64,000 nt of DNA. Origin: Eubacteriales bacterium (GTDB taxonomy: Bacteria; Bacillota; Clostridia; Oscillospirales; CAG-272). Numbering within the stretch: the stretch's first letter is position 1; the number at the start of each line of letters is the position of its first letter. A program made the position numbers and the translations under genes. Positions 1 through 7,682 of the stretch are shown here, piece by piece. The stretch spans positions 698 through 64,697 of the forward strand of contig JAZOLL010000047.1 in assembly GCA_045653105.1 (NCBI GenBank). Direction: 5' to 3'. A model generated the notes under the pieces. That model was not told where the DNA came from. It was given only the letters and a program-made list of their open reading frames with translations, and did no database searches.

Positions 1-497
1 AGTATATGATCGTCAAAGGTCACACGGAAATCTCCACCACTCTTATCGTAATAGGCTTCTCGCTCATAGGAGAGAAACACCGTCGGCTTTAATTTTCCGT
101 AAAAGTCGATAAAATAATCGATCTCACGGGATATCTGCGTATCAAACGAACACGCTTTTTCTCGGCATACCCACGCCATAGCATCACTCTCACACAGCGG
201 AAGTCTGCGCTTGTAAACCACTTTTTCGTATTTCTTCTTCAGTTCTACAAAAACCGTACTGTCAGCAGTTGCCTTCGAGTAGCTTCGTGTTCGCAGCTTT
301 TCTTTATAGGCAGGCTTCTCGATCGAACGTCGTATCAATCTATAATTGTCGGTATCAAAGTAGATATTCCGTATTGTAGTCCGTCCGTATTTGTCAAGCT
401 CCATATACGGTGACATTGCCGTAAGTATTCGTTCCTTCTGTTCAAGTGTCAGCATGTATTTCAGCTCGTATCGTTTGAACACCGTTTGAAACGCCAT
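1..497 (-). CDS. VTC/CYTH-like (polyphosphate-polymerase-domain) protein, N-terminal part only; gene runs off the left edge
   Basis: Absent from the ORF track because it is open to the window edge. Reverse-strand ATG at 495-497 lies 7 nt after GGAGG. Translation MAFQTVFKRYELKYMLTLEQKERILTAMSPYMELDKYGRTTIRNIYFDTDNY... resembles N-termini of VTC-domain proteins. Confidence 0.5.
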   Translation of the reverse strand, partial: MAFQTVFKRYELKYMLTLEQKERILTAMSPYMELDKYGRTTIRNIYFDTDNYRLIRRSIEKPAYKEKLRTRSYSKATADSTVFVELKKKYEKVVYKRRLPLCESDAMAWVCREKACSFDTQISREIDYFIDFYGKLKPTVFLSYEREAYYDKSGGDFRVTFDDHI

Positions 498-578
498 ACG
501 ATAACCTCCTCTCCCATTTTACACAAGGATTCTATCACGCTCCGCTAAAGATAGGCTAAAGATTGAGTGTTGAATTTC

Positions 579-607
579 TTGACTTTTCTCTTTAATTGTG
601 ATATAAT
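579..607 (+). promoter_or_regulatory. sigma-A type promoter of pnuC copy 1 (TTGACT-17-TATAAT with TG extension)
   Basis: TTGACT at 579-584, 17-nt spacer, TGATATAAT at 599-607. Confidence 0.55.
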
Positions 608-713
608 TATGAAAAATAACTGCCACCGGGTAGTAAGATGCAAAAAGCATCCGTTTGCACATCGTTAGGTCTTAGAAGATGTGTATACGGATGCTTTTTT
701 TGGGGAGGATTTC
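608..713 (+). promoter_or_regulatory. structured leader with intrinsic terminator upstream of pnuC copy 1 (candidate attenuator/riboswitch)
   Basis: Stem GCATCCGT (647-654) pairs with ACGGATGC (687-694), followed by T7 (695-701). Inner stem CACATC/GATGTG. A competing hairpin GATGC-AAAAA-GCATC (637-651) shares the terminator 5' arm. RBS GGGGAGGA follows directly. Confidence 0.55.
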
Positions 714-1397
714 ATGAAAAGACTATCCAATTATTTTTCGGGAACAGAGCTTGCCTTATGGTCGGCATCCGTTCTCTTTATCGTTTTGTCATTCTGCATT
801 TTCGACCGTGAAAGCTACTTGACATTGATAGCATGTCTGATTGGTGTGACTTCGCTGATATTCAACGCCAAGGGCAATCCCGTCGGGCAGTCTCTTATGA
901 TCGCTTTCAGTTTGCTCTACGGCATTATTTCCTATACCTTCGCTTATTACGGTGAAATGATTACATACCTTGGAATGACGATGCCGATGGCGCTCTTTGC
1001 TCTTATTTCTTGGCTCAATAACCCATACAAAGGTAACAAGGCAGAGGTCAAAGTAAATAATATCAGTAAATCAGAACAGCTCCTGATGTGGCTGCTCACA
1101 CTTATCGTTACAGTAGTGTTTTATTTCATTCTTGATTACTTCAATACAGCGAATATTATACCTAGCACCATTTCAGTAACTACAAGCTTTCTCGCTGTGT
1201 ACTTGACCTTTCGCAGATGCCCAACATTTGCTTTGGCTTATGCCGCAAACGACATTGTCTTGATTGTTTTATGGATCTTAGCAAGCGCTTCGGATATTCG
1301 ATATATATCCGTGGTTGTCTGTTTCGTAGCATTTCTGTTCAACGATATTTACAGTTATATTAATTGGCAAAGGATGAAGAGACGTCAATCTAACTAA
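714..1397 (+). CDS. pnuC: PnuC-family nicotinamide riboside (vitamin) transporter, copy 1
   Basis: Polytopic membrane protein ending ...FLFNDIYSYINWQRMKRRQ, typical of PnuC. Start moved to ATG 714 (MKRLSNYF, RBS GGGGAGGA) because the track ORF start at 681 lies inside the terminator hairpin. Confidence 0.75.
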   Translation: MKRLSNYFSGTELALWSASVLFIVLSFCIFDRESYLTLIACLIGVTSLIFNAKGNPVGQSLMIAFSLLYGIISYTFAYYGEMITYLGMTMPMALFALISWLNNPYKGNKAEVKVNNISKSEQLLMWLLTLIVTVVFYFILDYFNTANIIPSTISVTTSFLAVYLTFRRCPTFALAYAANDIVLIVLWILASASDIRYISVVVCFVAFLFNDIYSYINWQRMKRRQSN

Positions 1398-1417
1398 AGC
1401 ATCTTATGGTCAAATTC

Positions 1418-2164
1418 TTATTTGTTGACCAATTCTGAGATTGCAATTGCAGTCTGATCGATTTGTTCCTCGTTTGTGATAGTAGGTGTACCGTCGCCAT
1501 CCTGCGCGCCGTACATACCAAAGTAGGCATGGCAGCCGCCGTAAATGATGATCTCTGTAAAATTGGTCGGCAGATTGGACTTATTCTCGTCGTATTTTTC
1601 ACGGTTCATCACCTTATCCTCACTGCAAAAAACCGAAAGCACGGCAAGGTCTGTGCCGGAGAGGTCAGCCGTGGAGTACGAGCCAAGCAAAATGAGCCCT
1701 TCATAGTCCTCGGCATTCTTCTCAAGATAGGATGCCGCCATCGATCCGCCGAGCGAATGACCGCCTATGTACCAATCCTCTATTTCCGGGTATTCCTTCT
1801 GTATGCCATCCGCGGCATTTATATCAAGCACTGCGAGATTGAAGGGCATGTCTACAAGCACACACAGAATTCCTTGCTCGGCACAAGCCTGCATCAATGG
1901 AATGTATGCTGTATATTCCACTTTACCGCCGGGATAGAAGATGAAGCCCTTTGTTGCTCCTTCGGGTTCAAACACTATCGTACCGTCCGCCTTCTCCTTC
2001 CACGTCGTGCCTTGTGGCAAAAACGCTCCTATTGCTTCATTGTCCGCGCGGTAATAGTCGCCGAGATAGATAGCACTTGCTCCTACGATAATTGCAAGAG
2101 CGAGAAGGACGGACGTTGTGATTATAAATATTTTTCGTTTGCGTTTATCTGCTAAAAAGCTCAT
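1418..2164 (-). CDS. membrane-anchored alpha/beta hydrolase
   Basis: N-terminal TM helix (IFIITTSVLLALAIIVGASAIYL) and GHSLGG nucleophile elbow. Confidence 0.6.
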   Translation of the reverse strand: MSFLADKRKRKIFIITTSVLLALAIIVGASAIYLGDYYRADNEAIGAFLPQGTTWKEKADGTIVFEPEGATKGFIFYPGGKVEYTAYIPLMQACAEQGILCVLVDMPFNLAVLDINAADGIQKEYPEIEDWYIGGHSLGGSMAASYLEKNAEDYEGLILLGSYSTADLSGTDLAVLSVFCSEDKVMNREKYDENKSNLPTNFTEIIIYGGCHAYFGMYGAQDGDGTPTITNEEQIDQTAIAISELVNK

Positions 2165-2200
2165 TCCGTTTTCCTCAAATATAAAAAATATGTTCCCATA

Positions 2201-2229
2201 ATTATATCATAATTTTATGAACAATTCAA
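2201..2229 (-). promoter_or_regulatory. promoter of the hydrolase gene (TTGAAT-17-TATAAT, TG-extended), part of repeated module copy B
   Basis: Reverse strand reads TTGAATTGTTCATAAAATTATGATATAAT. Confidence 0.5.
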
Positions 2230-2269
2230 TCGTTTTGCCTATCTTTGCCTACTGCACCGCAAATTTTGA

Positions 2270-2296
2270 GGGCTGACGGTTGTTTTCCGTCAGCCC
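2270..2296 (-). terminator. GC-rich stem-loop downstream of the XRE regulator gene (possible terminator or 3' stabiliser; no clean U-tract)
   Basis: GGGCTGACGG-7 nt loop-CCGTCAGCCC, 43 nt after the stop codon. Confidence 0.4.
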
Positions 2297-2338
2297 CTGT
2301 CTTACTATTCTCCCCAACAAATGGAATTTGATCATACT

Positions 2339-3325
2339 TTAGTCTTTCTTCTGCCTATCGGCAAAGTAATTACAAATACACATCACGACCGGGAACAATA
2401 TACCTCCTACGGCAAATATGATCCATGACAAATGCCAACCATTCAGCAGAAAGCTAACGGCAAGAAATATTGCCGTTAAAACGCCCCAATAACAAAATCC
2501 CACGACATCTTTTACACTTGTTCGCGTTTTTTCTTGCCTTGTAAAATCCCCCTCCTGTAAGAGCTTTTGCATACTTGCATTTTGCGTGCCCACCACGATA
2601 AACATTACCACAGCTACGCCCACGGTAATCATCAACACCCCAAGCGTCATAATAATAAGGATTTCATTTTCGGTAAAGGATGATACGATCAAAGGAATCA
2701 CGGAGAAAATACACAAAACTGTCGCGATGATATTGCAGTTCATATATTTCGTCCTGAATTTCTTTTTCTTTTCGGTTACTAAACCTCTGACTCCGTATTC
2801 GAGTTCAAAGGGAATGTTCTTATCAAGAAAAGCATACGGTTCATTTTGAAATCCACAGTAAATAAAAACCGGAACGGCGCACAGGACGAATGCAAAAAGA
2901 ACAATCAATCCCACCGCATCCGCAGTCGGTTGCGCTATGATCGGATCGGATAATGCGGACAACGTACTTAAAATGATAAGCGTTATAGGAGAAAGAATAC
3001 ACAAGAGCGTAGCAAAAGCAATACGCCAAGAGGCACGTTTTCTCTGCTCAAGATATGCGTTGGCTTCTTCTATGCTGATTTTCTTCACAGTTGCGTCAGA
3101 CGGATCATCGGTAAATTCTTCATCCTCAATTTCATCCTTCAAAAGATAGTCCGTAGTAACACCGAAAAGTGTACCAAGTTGTAATATTTTTCCTAAATCG
3201 GGAATTGTCTGTGCGCTTTCCCATTTTGAAACAGCTTGTCGGGATACGTTCATTTTATCTGCAAGTTCTTCTTGTGACCAACCGTTCTTTTTTCTGAGTC
3301 TGACAATTTTGTCGGCTAAAATCAT
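2339..3325 (-). CDS. XRE-family helix-turn-helix regulator fused to a polytopic membrane domain
   Basis: N-terminus MILADKIVRLRKKNGWSQEELADKMNVSRQAVSKWESAQTIPDLGKILQLGTLFGVTTDYLL is a canonical Cro/C1 HTH. The remaining ~250 aa contain several hydrophobic helices. Confidence 0.75.
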   Translation of the reverse strand: MILADKIVRLRKKNGWSQEELADKMNVSRQAVSKWESAQTIPDLGKILQLGTLFGVTTDYLLKDEIEDEEFTDDPSDATVKKISIEEANAYLEQRKRASWRIAFATLLCILSPITLIILSTLSALSDPIIAQPTADAVGLIVLFAFVLCAVPVFIYCGFQNEPYAFLDKNIPFELEYGVRGLVTEKKKKFRTKYMNCNIIATVLCIFSVIPLIVSSFTENEILIIMTLGVLMITVGVAVVMFIVVGTQNASMQKLLQEGDFTRQEKTRTSVKDVVGFCYWGVLTAIFLAVSFLLNGWHLSWIIFAVGGILFPVVMCICNYFADRQKKD

Positions 3326-3500
3326 TATTATTCACCTCGTTTGAATTTTTCGTAAAGCACTGTGCTTCAACGCATCTTTATTGTATAAAAAAGCATGGTT
3401 TCATACTACCAACCGAGGGCTTTCAATGTGTCAACCGACAGTTGCTTTTTCTTTCCACACCATATAGCTCGCCGTCAAATTCTTATTTATCGGTGAGTTT

Positions 3501-3529
3501 ATTATATCATATTTCCATGAACTTTTCAA
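3501..3529 (-). promoter_or_regulatory. promoter upstream of the XRE regulator (TTGAAA-17-TATAAT, TG-extended), part of repeated module copy A
   Basis: Reverse strand reads TTGAAAAGTTCATGGAAATATGATATAAT. Implies a ~170-nt leader. Confidence 0.45.
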
Positions 3530-3570
3530 CCGATTTGTCTATTCTTTGCTTCATCCAACGCAGTTTTTAA

Positions 3571-3594
3571 GGGGCGACCGTTCGTGGTCGCCCC
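3571..3594 (-). terminator. GC-rich stem-loop downstream of pdxK (possible terminator; no clean U-tract)
   Basis: GGGGCGACC-6 nt loop-GGTCGCCCC, 62 nt after the pdxK stop. Confidence 0.4.
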
Positions 3595-3655
3595 TGCCTT
3601 TGTTATGCATTCTTCACCTGCTTTTTATTTCTGTGATTTCTGCTTTAATTGCCTT

Positions 3656-4486
3656 TTAATCAAGCATATCGATCAAATCACGAAGAACAGGCTCGAACTT
3701 CGCACCATACCAATGGTCCGCATCCCCCTGCGTATTGATGATACATTTTACAGTGTAATCTGCGGCAATCTTTGCAGCATCATAAACACTCTTATCATTC
3801 ATCAAAGCGCCTACGAAAGCGGACGCGTAGATATCTCCCGTACCATGACTGCCTTTAGATATCTTATCATGCTCGTAATAATACATTTTACCGTTTTCAT
3901 AAACGACAACTCCTGTCTTTTCGGGGTTATAACTAACGCCGGTCAAGACAACAGTTTTAGCTCCGAGAGATGTAAGCTTCTCAACAAGAGTACGAATATA
4001 GCTTTCGTCATAAGTTTCTCTGTAATTTTCACCGGTAAGGAAACACGCTTCGGTGATATTAGGCAGCAAAATATCTGCCTCACCGCACAGAACACGCATA
4101 GCATCTACATACTCTTGATTGAATATTGAATAGAGCTGTCCGTTATCAGCCATTGCGGGATCTACAATGCGTACGCAGTCCTCCGTTCCCATTGTTTTTA
4201 GAATATCTCTAACATATCCAACCTGCTTGATACTGCCAAGATATCCTGTGTAAATAGCTTTGAACTTGATGTTTTCTTTCTTCCAATGTTCCTGGATCGC
4301 TGGCATATCGTCTGTCAAATCACGAAAGGTAAATCCGCTAAAACCTGCCGTATGTGTGGAAAGAACGGCAGACGGAAGAATACAGGTTTCAAGACCGCAA
4401 GCGGAAAGTATGGGAAGCGCAACCGTCAGCGAGCACTGACCAACACAAGATATATCCTGAATCGTTAAAATCTTTTTGTAAGACAT
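3656..4486 (-). CDS. pdxK: pyridoxal/pyridoxamine kinase
   Basis: MSYKKILTIQDISCVGQCSLTVALPILSACGLETCILPSAVLSTHT..., with GTGD near the C-terminus (ribokinase-like fold). Start at ATG 4486 after AAGGAGA. Confidence 0.8.
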   Translation of the reverse strand: MSYKKILTIQDISCVGQCSLTVALPILSACGLETCILPSAVLSTHTAGFSGFTFRDLTDDMPAIQEHWKKENIKFKAIYTGYLGSIKQVGYVRDILKTMGTEDCVRIVDPAMADNGQLYSIFNQEYVDAMRVLCGEADILLPNITEACFLTGENYRETYDESYIRTLVEKLTSLGAKTVVLTGVSYNPEKTGVVVYENGKMYYYEHDKISKGSHGTGDIYASAFVGALMNDKSVYDAAKIAADYTVKCIINTQGDADHWYGAKFEPVLRDLIDMLD

Positions 4487-4577
4487 TTTATATTCTCCTT
4501 GCATTTCTTATAAAATTATTATATAATACTCTTGTAGATATTAAAATAGTCAGTTTTGGAGAAAATAATATATACAG

Positions 4578-5663
4578 ATGAAATACATAATTGACAAAGA
4601 AAAACGCCCCGTTTATCTGCAGCTGTACAATCAGCTACGGGATGATATCGTAAATGAAATTTTACATTTTAACAGTAAGCTTCCATCTATCCGCAGTCTT
4701 GCGGAGGAAACCGGAGTCAGCACGATAACTGTAGAACACGCCTACTTACTACTGTGTGACGAGGGTTACATAGAGTCGAAAGAGCGAAGCGGATTTGTAG
4801 TCTGCTTTCGAAAAAAATACGGTTTCGCTGCTTCTGAAAGCCTTGTAAAAAAGCACCGCACCGTCTACCATACGGAGCAAAGCCATCCTGAATTTCCTAT
4901 TTCTGTCTTGAGTAAAACAATGCGTAGAGTACTGACCGAGCATGGAGATCTATTGCTTGAAAAGTCGCCAAACCTTGGCTGTATGGAGCTTCGTGAGGCA
5001 ATAAAAAATTACCTTAGGAGAAACAGAGGTATCACAGTCGATGCCGAGCAGATAGTCATCGGCGCCGGCTCGGAATATCTATACAGCCTCATTGTAGAGC
5101 TTCTTGGAAGAAACCGTATCTTTGCCATTGAATCGCCATCATATAAAAAGATCGAACAAGTGTACAGAGCTACTGAGATTCGCTATGATCTCCTCCCTTT
5201 AACAACAACGGGCATTGACAGTAAAGCGCTTGCTAAAACTTTCGCCGATGTTTTACACACAACACCCTATCGAAGCTATCCGAGCGGAGTTACCGCAACG
5301 GCATCAAAGCGACACGAATATATTCGCTGGTCAAGGAAAAACGGACGATACATTATCGAGGATGATTTTGAATCTGAGTTTTCGGTTTCAACGAAACCAA
5401 CAGAAACACTGTTTTCTCTCTCGGATAATGACAATGTTATCTACTTGAACACCTTCTCAAAAACCATCTCACCTTCCCTTCGTATCGGATATATGGTTCT
5501 TCCCAAACATCTCGTAGCGCTTTATCATGAAAAGCTTGGATTCTATTCCTGCACTGTTCCTACATTTATGCAATATGTGCTTACAGAGCTTATTGATAAC
5601 GGTGACTTTGAAAGGCATATCAATCGTGTAAGAAGAAAGATACGAAAAGGAACATCCACATAA
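4578..5663 (+). CDS. GntR/MocR-type (PdxR-like) regulator: wHTH plus aminotransferase-like domain, C-terminally short
   Basis: GntR wHTH (LPSIRSLAEETGVSTITVEHAYLLL). Fold-type I aminotransferase region with the PLP-lysine context NTFSKTISPSLRIGY. Divergent from pdxK. Only ~65 aa follow the lysine. Confidence 0.7.
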   Translation: MKYIIDKEKRPVYLQLYNQLRDDIVNEILHFNSKLPSIRSLAEETGVSTITVEHAYLLLCDEGYIESKERSGFVVCFRKKYGFAASESLVKKHRTVYHTEQSHPEFPISVLSKTMRRVLTEHGDLLLEKSPNLGCMELREAIKNYLRRNRGITVDAEQIVIGAGSEYLYSLIVELLGRNRIFAIESPSYKKIEQVYRATEIRYDLLPLTTTGIDSKALAKTFADVLHTTPYRSYPSGVTATASKRHEYIRWSRKNGRYIIEDDFESEFSVSTKPTETLFSLSDNDNVIYLNTFSKTISPSLRIGYMVLPKHLVALYHEKLGFYSCTVPTFMQYVLTELIDNGDFERHINRVRRKIRKGTST

Positions 5664-5669
5664 CGAAGC

Positions 5670-5700
5670 AAGCCCTCGCTCTGTCATGGAGCGAGGGCTT
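5670..5700. terminator. bidirectional terminator between the pdxR-like gene and panE
   Basis: 12-bp stem AAGCCCTCGCTC/GAGCGAGGGCTT with a 7-nt loop, flanked by A/T runs. Confidence 0.65.
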
Positions 5701-5706
5701 TTACTA

Positions 5707-6723
5707 TTAAATCAGATCGTCAAACAGCTTAATATTATCCATTTTAGGCATCAGATCTCCGCTTTCGCATTTCTTAACGATCTCAACGATTCTATCGTTG
5801 AACGGAGTTTTCACGCCACATTTTCTACCCCATTCGCAAACAACGCCGTTGATAGCGTCGATCTCGCAGGGCTTACCCTTCTTGATATCCTGAAGCATAG
5901 ACGGTTCTATGTTGCGGTGCTTTTTCATAGCGATCGGTATAAGCATCGTTGCAAAAGCACGCTTGATTGATCCATTGTAGTAGAATAATGCGGTAATATT
6001 CTTTCCCTGAACAGGAGCGAACTCTGCTCCCGCTGCGTGTCCGACGTCGATACACTCCTTCATACAACGGATAGCTACCTTGCGAGCTTCCTTGTTTTCG
6101 GATATATCTCCAAACACACCGCCCACAACTGTTCCAAGTCCCGAAAAGGTCGCGTTGATGAGGAGCTTTGACCAACGTGCGCCTATCAAGTTGCTCTCCT
6201 CATGAACAGGACACATCAGTTCAAGTAAACCCTTGACCTCATTGAATTTTTCATCGGTGATACCCTCCATCTTTCCCATATGGAAAGACAGGCTATCCAC
6301 CTCACTTGTCAATGTACAAACACCGGGAGCGGTTAAAGCGGCTCCCCACTCCACAACACATCCCATTGTACGGTTTGAACCAACAATTTCGGCTATACCG
6401 GGCTCGGGAAGTCCGTTCTGAAGCGTAACGATAACACCGTCATCCGCAAGATAGTCCGCAAGAAAAGTTACCACTTCCTTGTTTAAAAGCTGCTTTGTCA
6501 GAAGCAGGATCACATCATATTTACCGGTCATTTCGTCGGGAGTAAGTGCGGTTACGGGAACCTTCATATCTACAGTACCGTTGATCACAGCTCCATTTTC
6601 GCGAAGTGCTTCCACGTGAGCTTTATTGCGGTTGATCAGATCGATCTTACCTCCGTTTTTAGTGATATACGCACCAAGTACTGTTCCAAGCGAGCCTGCG
6701 CCGTAAATTGCATATCTTTTCAT
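5707..6723 (-). CDS. panE: 2-dehydropantoate 2-reductase (ApbA/PanE family)
   Basis: MKRYAIYGAGSLGTVLGAYITKNGGKIDLINRN (Rossmann GxGxxG) and family-typical length. Confidence 0.65.
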   Translation of the reverse strand: MKRYAIYGAGSLGTVLGAYITKNGGKIDLINRNKAHVEALRENGAVINGTVDMKVPVTALTPDEMTGKYDVILLLTKQLLNKEVVTFLADYLADDGVIVTLQNGLPEPGIAEIVGSNRTMGCVVEWGAALTAPGVCTLTSEVDSLSFHMGKMEGITDEKFNEVKGLLELMCPVHEESNLIGARWSKLLINATFSGLGTVVGGVFGDISENKEARKVAIRCMKECIDVGHAAGAEFAPVQGKNITALFYYNGSIKRAFATMLIPIAMKKHRNIEPSMLQDIKKGKPCEIDAINGVVCEWGRKCGVKTPFNDRIVEIVKKCESGDLMPKMDNIKLFDDLI

Positions 6724-7023
6724 ATAAACCTCTCATTTAATTATTTTTAGCGTATTTTCTTCCTTTCAAACGAAGAAAATATCTTCTTCAGGTTTCTGAC
6801 ATAAATTATTGTCCACTTCTGTATTTGAACTCTGCACCGATCATAACTCGTTGAGTTCTCAACAAATTTATAATAGTGTACCATAAATTTGCCGCAATGT
6901 CAAGAATTTTTGTTTCGACAAGAAATAAGTCCCGTTTCTATTATCACTTGAACAAGACAATAAAAAGTATAATTTCATAGTTTTTTGAATACACTCTATT
7001 TAAAGAAGTATTTGAGGTGGACT

Positions 7024-7548
7024 ATGAAAAGATCAATTGGACTTTGGCAATTGCTTGGATTTGGAGTGACGGCTCTTGGCGGAACTCTTTTGCATTTTTT
7101 ATATGAGTGGCTGGGAGATGCGGTGTGGATCGCGCCTTTTTCGGGCGTAAATGATTCGACTTGGGAGCATATGAAGCTACTCTTTTGGACAATGTTTCTG
7201 TATGCCATTATACAAAGCTTTTTCTTTCGCGATCGCGAGGGTTTTTGGTGTGTCAAAACAAAAGGAATTCTTCTTGGTCTTTTGCTGATACCCGTCCTTT
7301 TTTATACCTACAACGGTGCGATATGCAAATCTCCCGACTGGCTTAATGTCGTTATATTCTTTCTCTCTGCTGCTGCGGCTTATATCTATGAAACACGAAA
7401 ATTCAACAGCGGCACAACGGTTTGCAAAAAGCCGAAGCGCTCACTTGCCCTGCTCTGTTTGATAGCTGTTTTATTTATAATATTTACCTTTAAAACACCT
7501 GAGATCGGTATATTCCGCGATCCGCTGACAGGAACTTACGGAATATAA
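7024..7548 (+). CDS. small integral membrane protein (DUF6512-like)
   Basis: Start at ATG 7024 after GAGGTGG. Sequence ...LLHFLYEWLGD...NDSTWEHMKLLFW... with 5 hydrophobic helices. Confidence 0.5.
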   Translation: MKRSIGLWQLLGFGVTALGGTLLHFLYEWLGDAVWIAPFSGVNDSTWEHMKLLFWTMFLYAIIQSFFFRDREGFWCVKTKGILLGLLLIPVLFYTYNGAICKSPDWLNVVIFFLSAAAAYIYETRKFNSGTTVCKKPKRSLALLCLIAVLFIIFTFKTPEIGIFRDPLTGTYGI

Positions 7549-7551
7549 ATA

Positions 7552-7584
7552 ATCCCCCGAGGCTTCAAAAATACCTCGGGGGAT
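7552..7584. terminator. bidirectional intrinsic terminator
   Basis: 11-bp stem ATCCCCCGAGG/CCTCGGGGGAT followed by CATTTTATTTT. Confidence 0.7.
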
Positions 7585-7682
7585 CATTTTATTTTACCAT
7601 AGGATCTTTAGAAAAATATCCGTTAGTTGTAATTGATCTTAGAAAGGTTTGACAGATATTTATCCTTCATTTTATTTATATA

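Noticed and set aside
608-713. Known riboswitch classes (NAD+-II pnuC motif, TPP, FMN) for the pnuC leaders
   Set aside because: I could not find the conserved cores I remember for these classes, and the leaders are too short for TPP or FMN aptamers. I therefore report them only as unclassified attenuator candidates. This rejection rests on memory of consensus features and needs an Rfam scan.
681-713. GTG start at 681 for pnuC copy 1 as given in the ORF track
   Set aside because: Codons 1-11 would be encoded by the terminator hairpin and T-run. ATG 714 has a strong RBS and matches the paralog's N-terminus.
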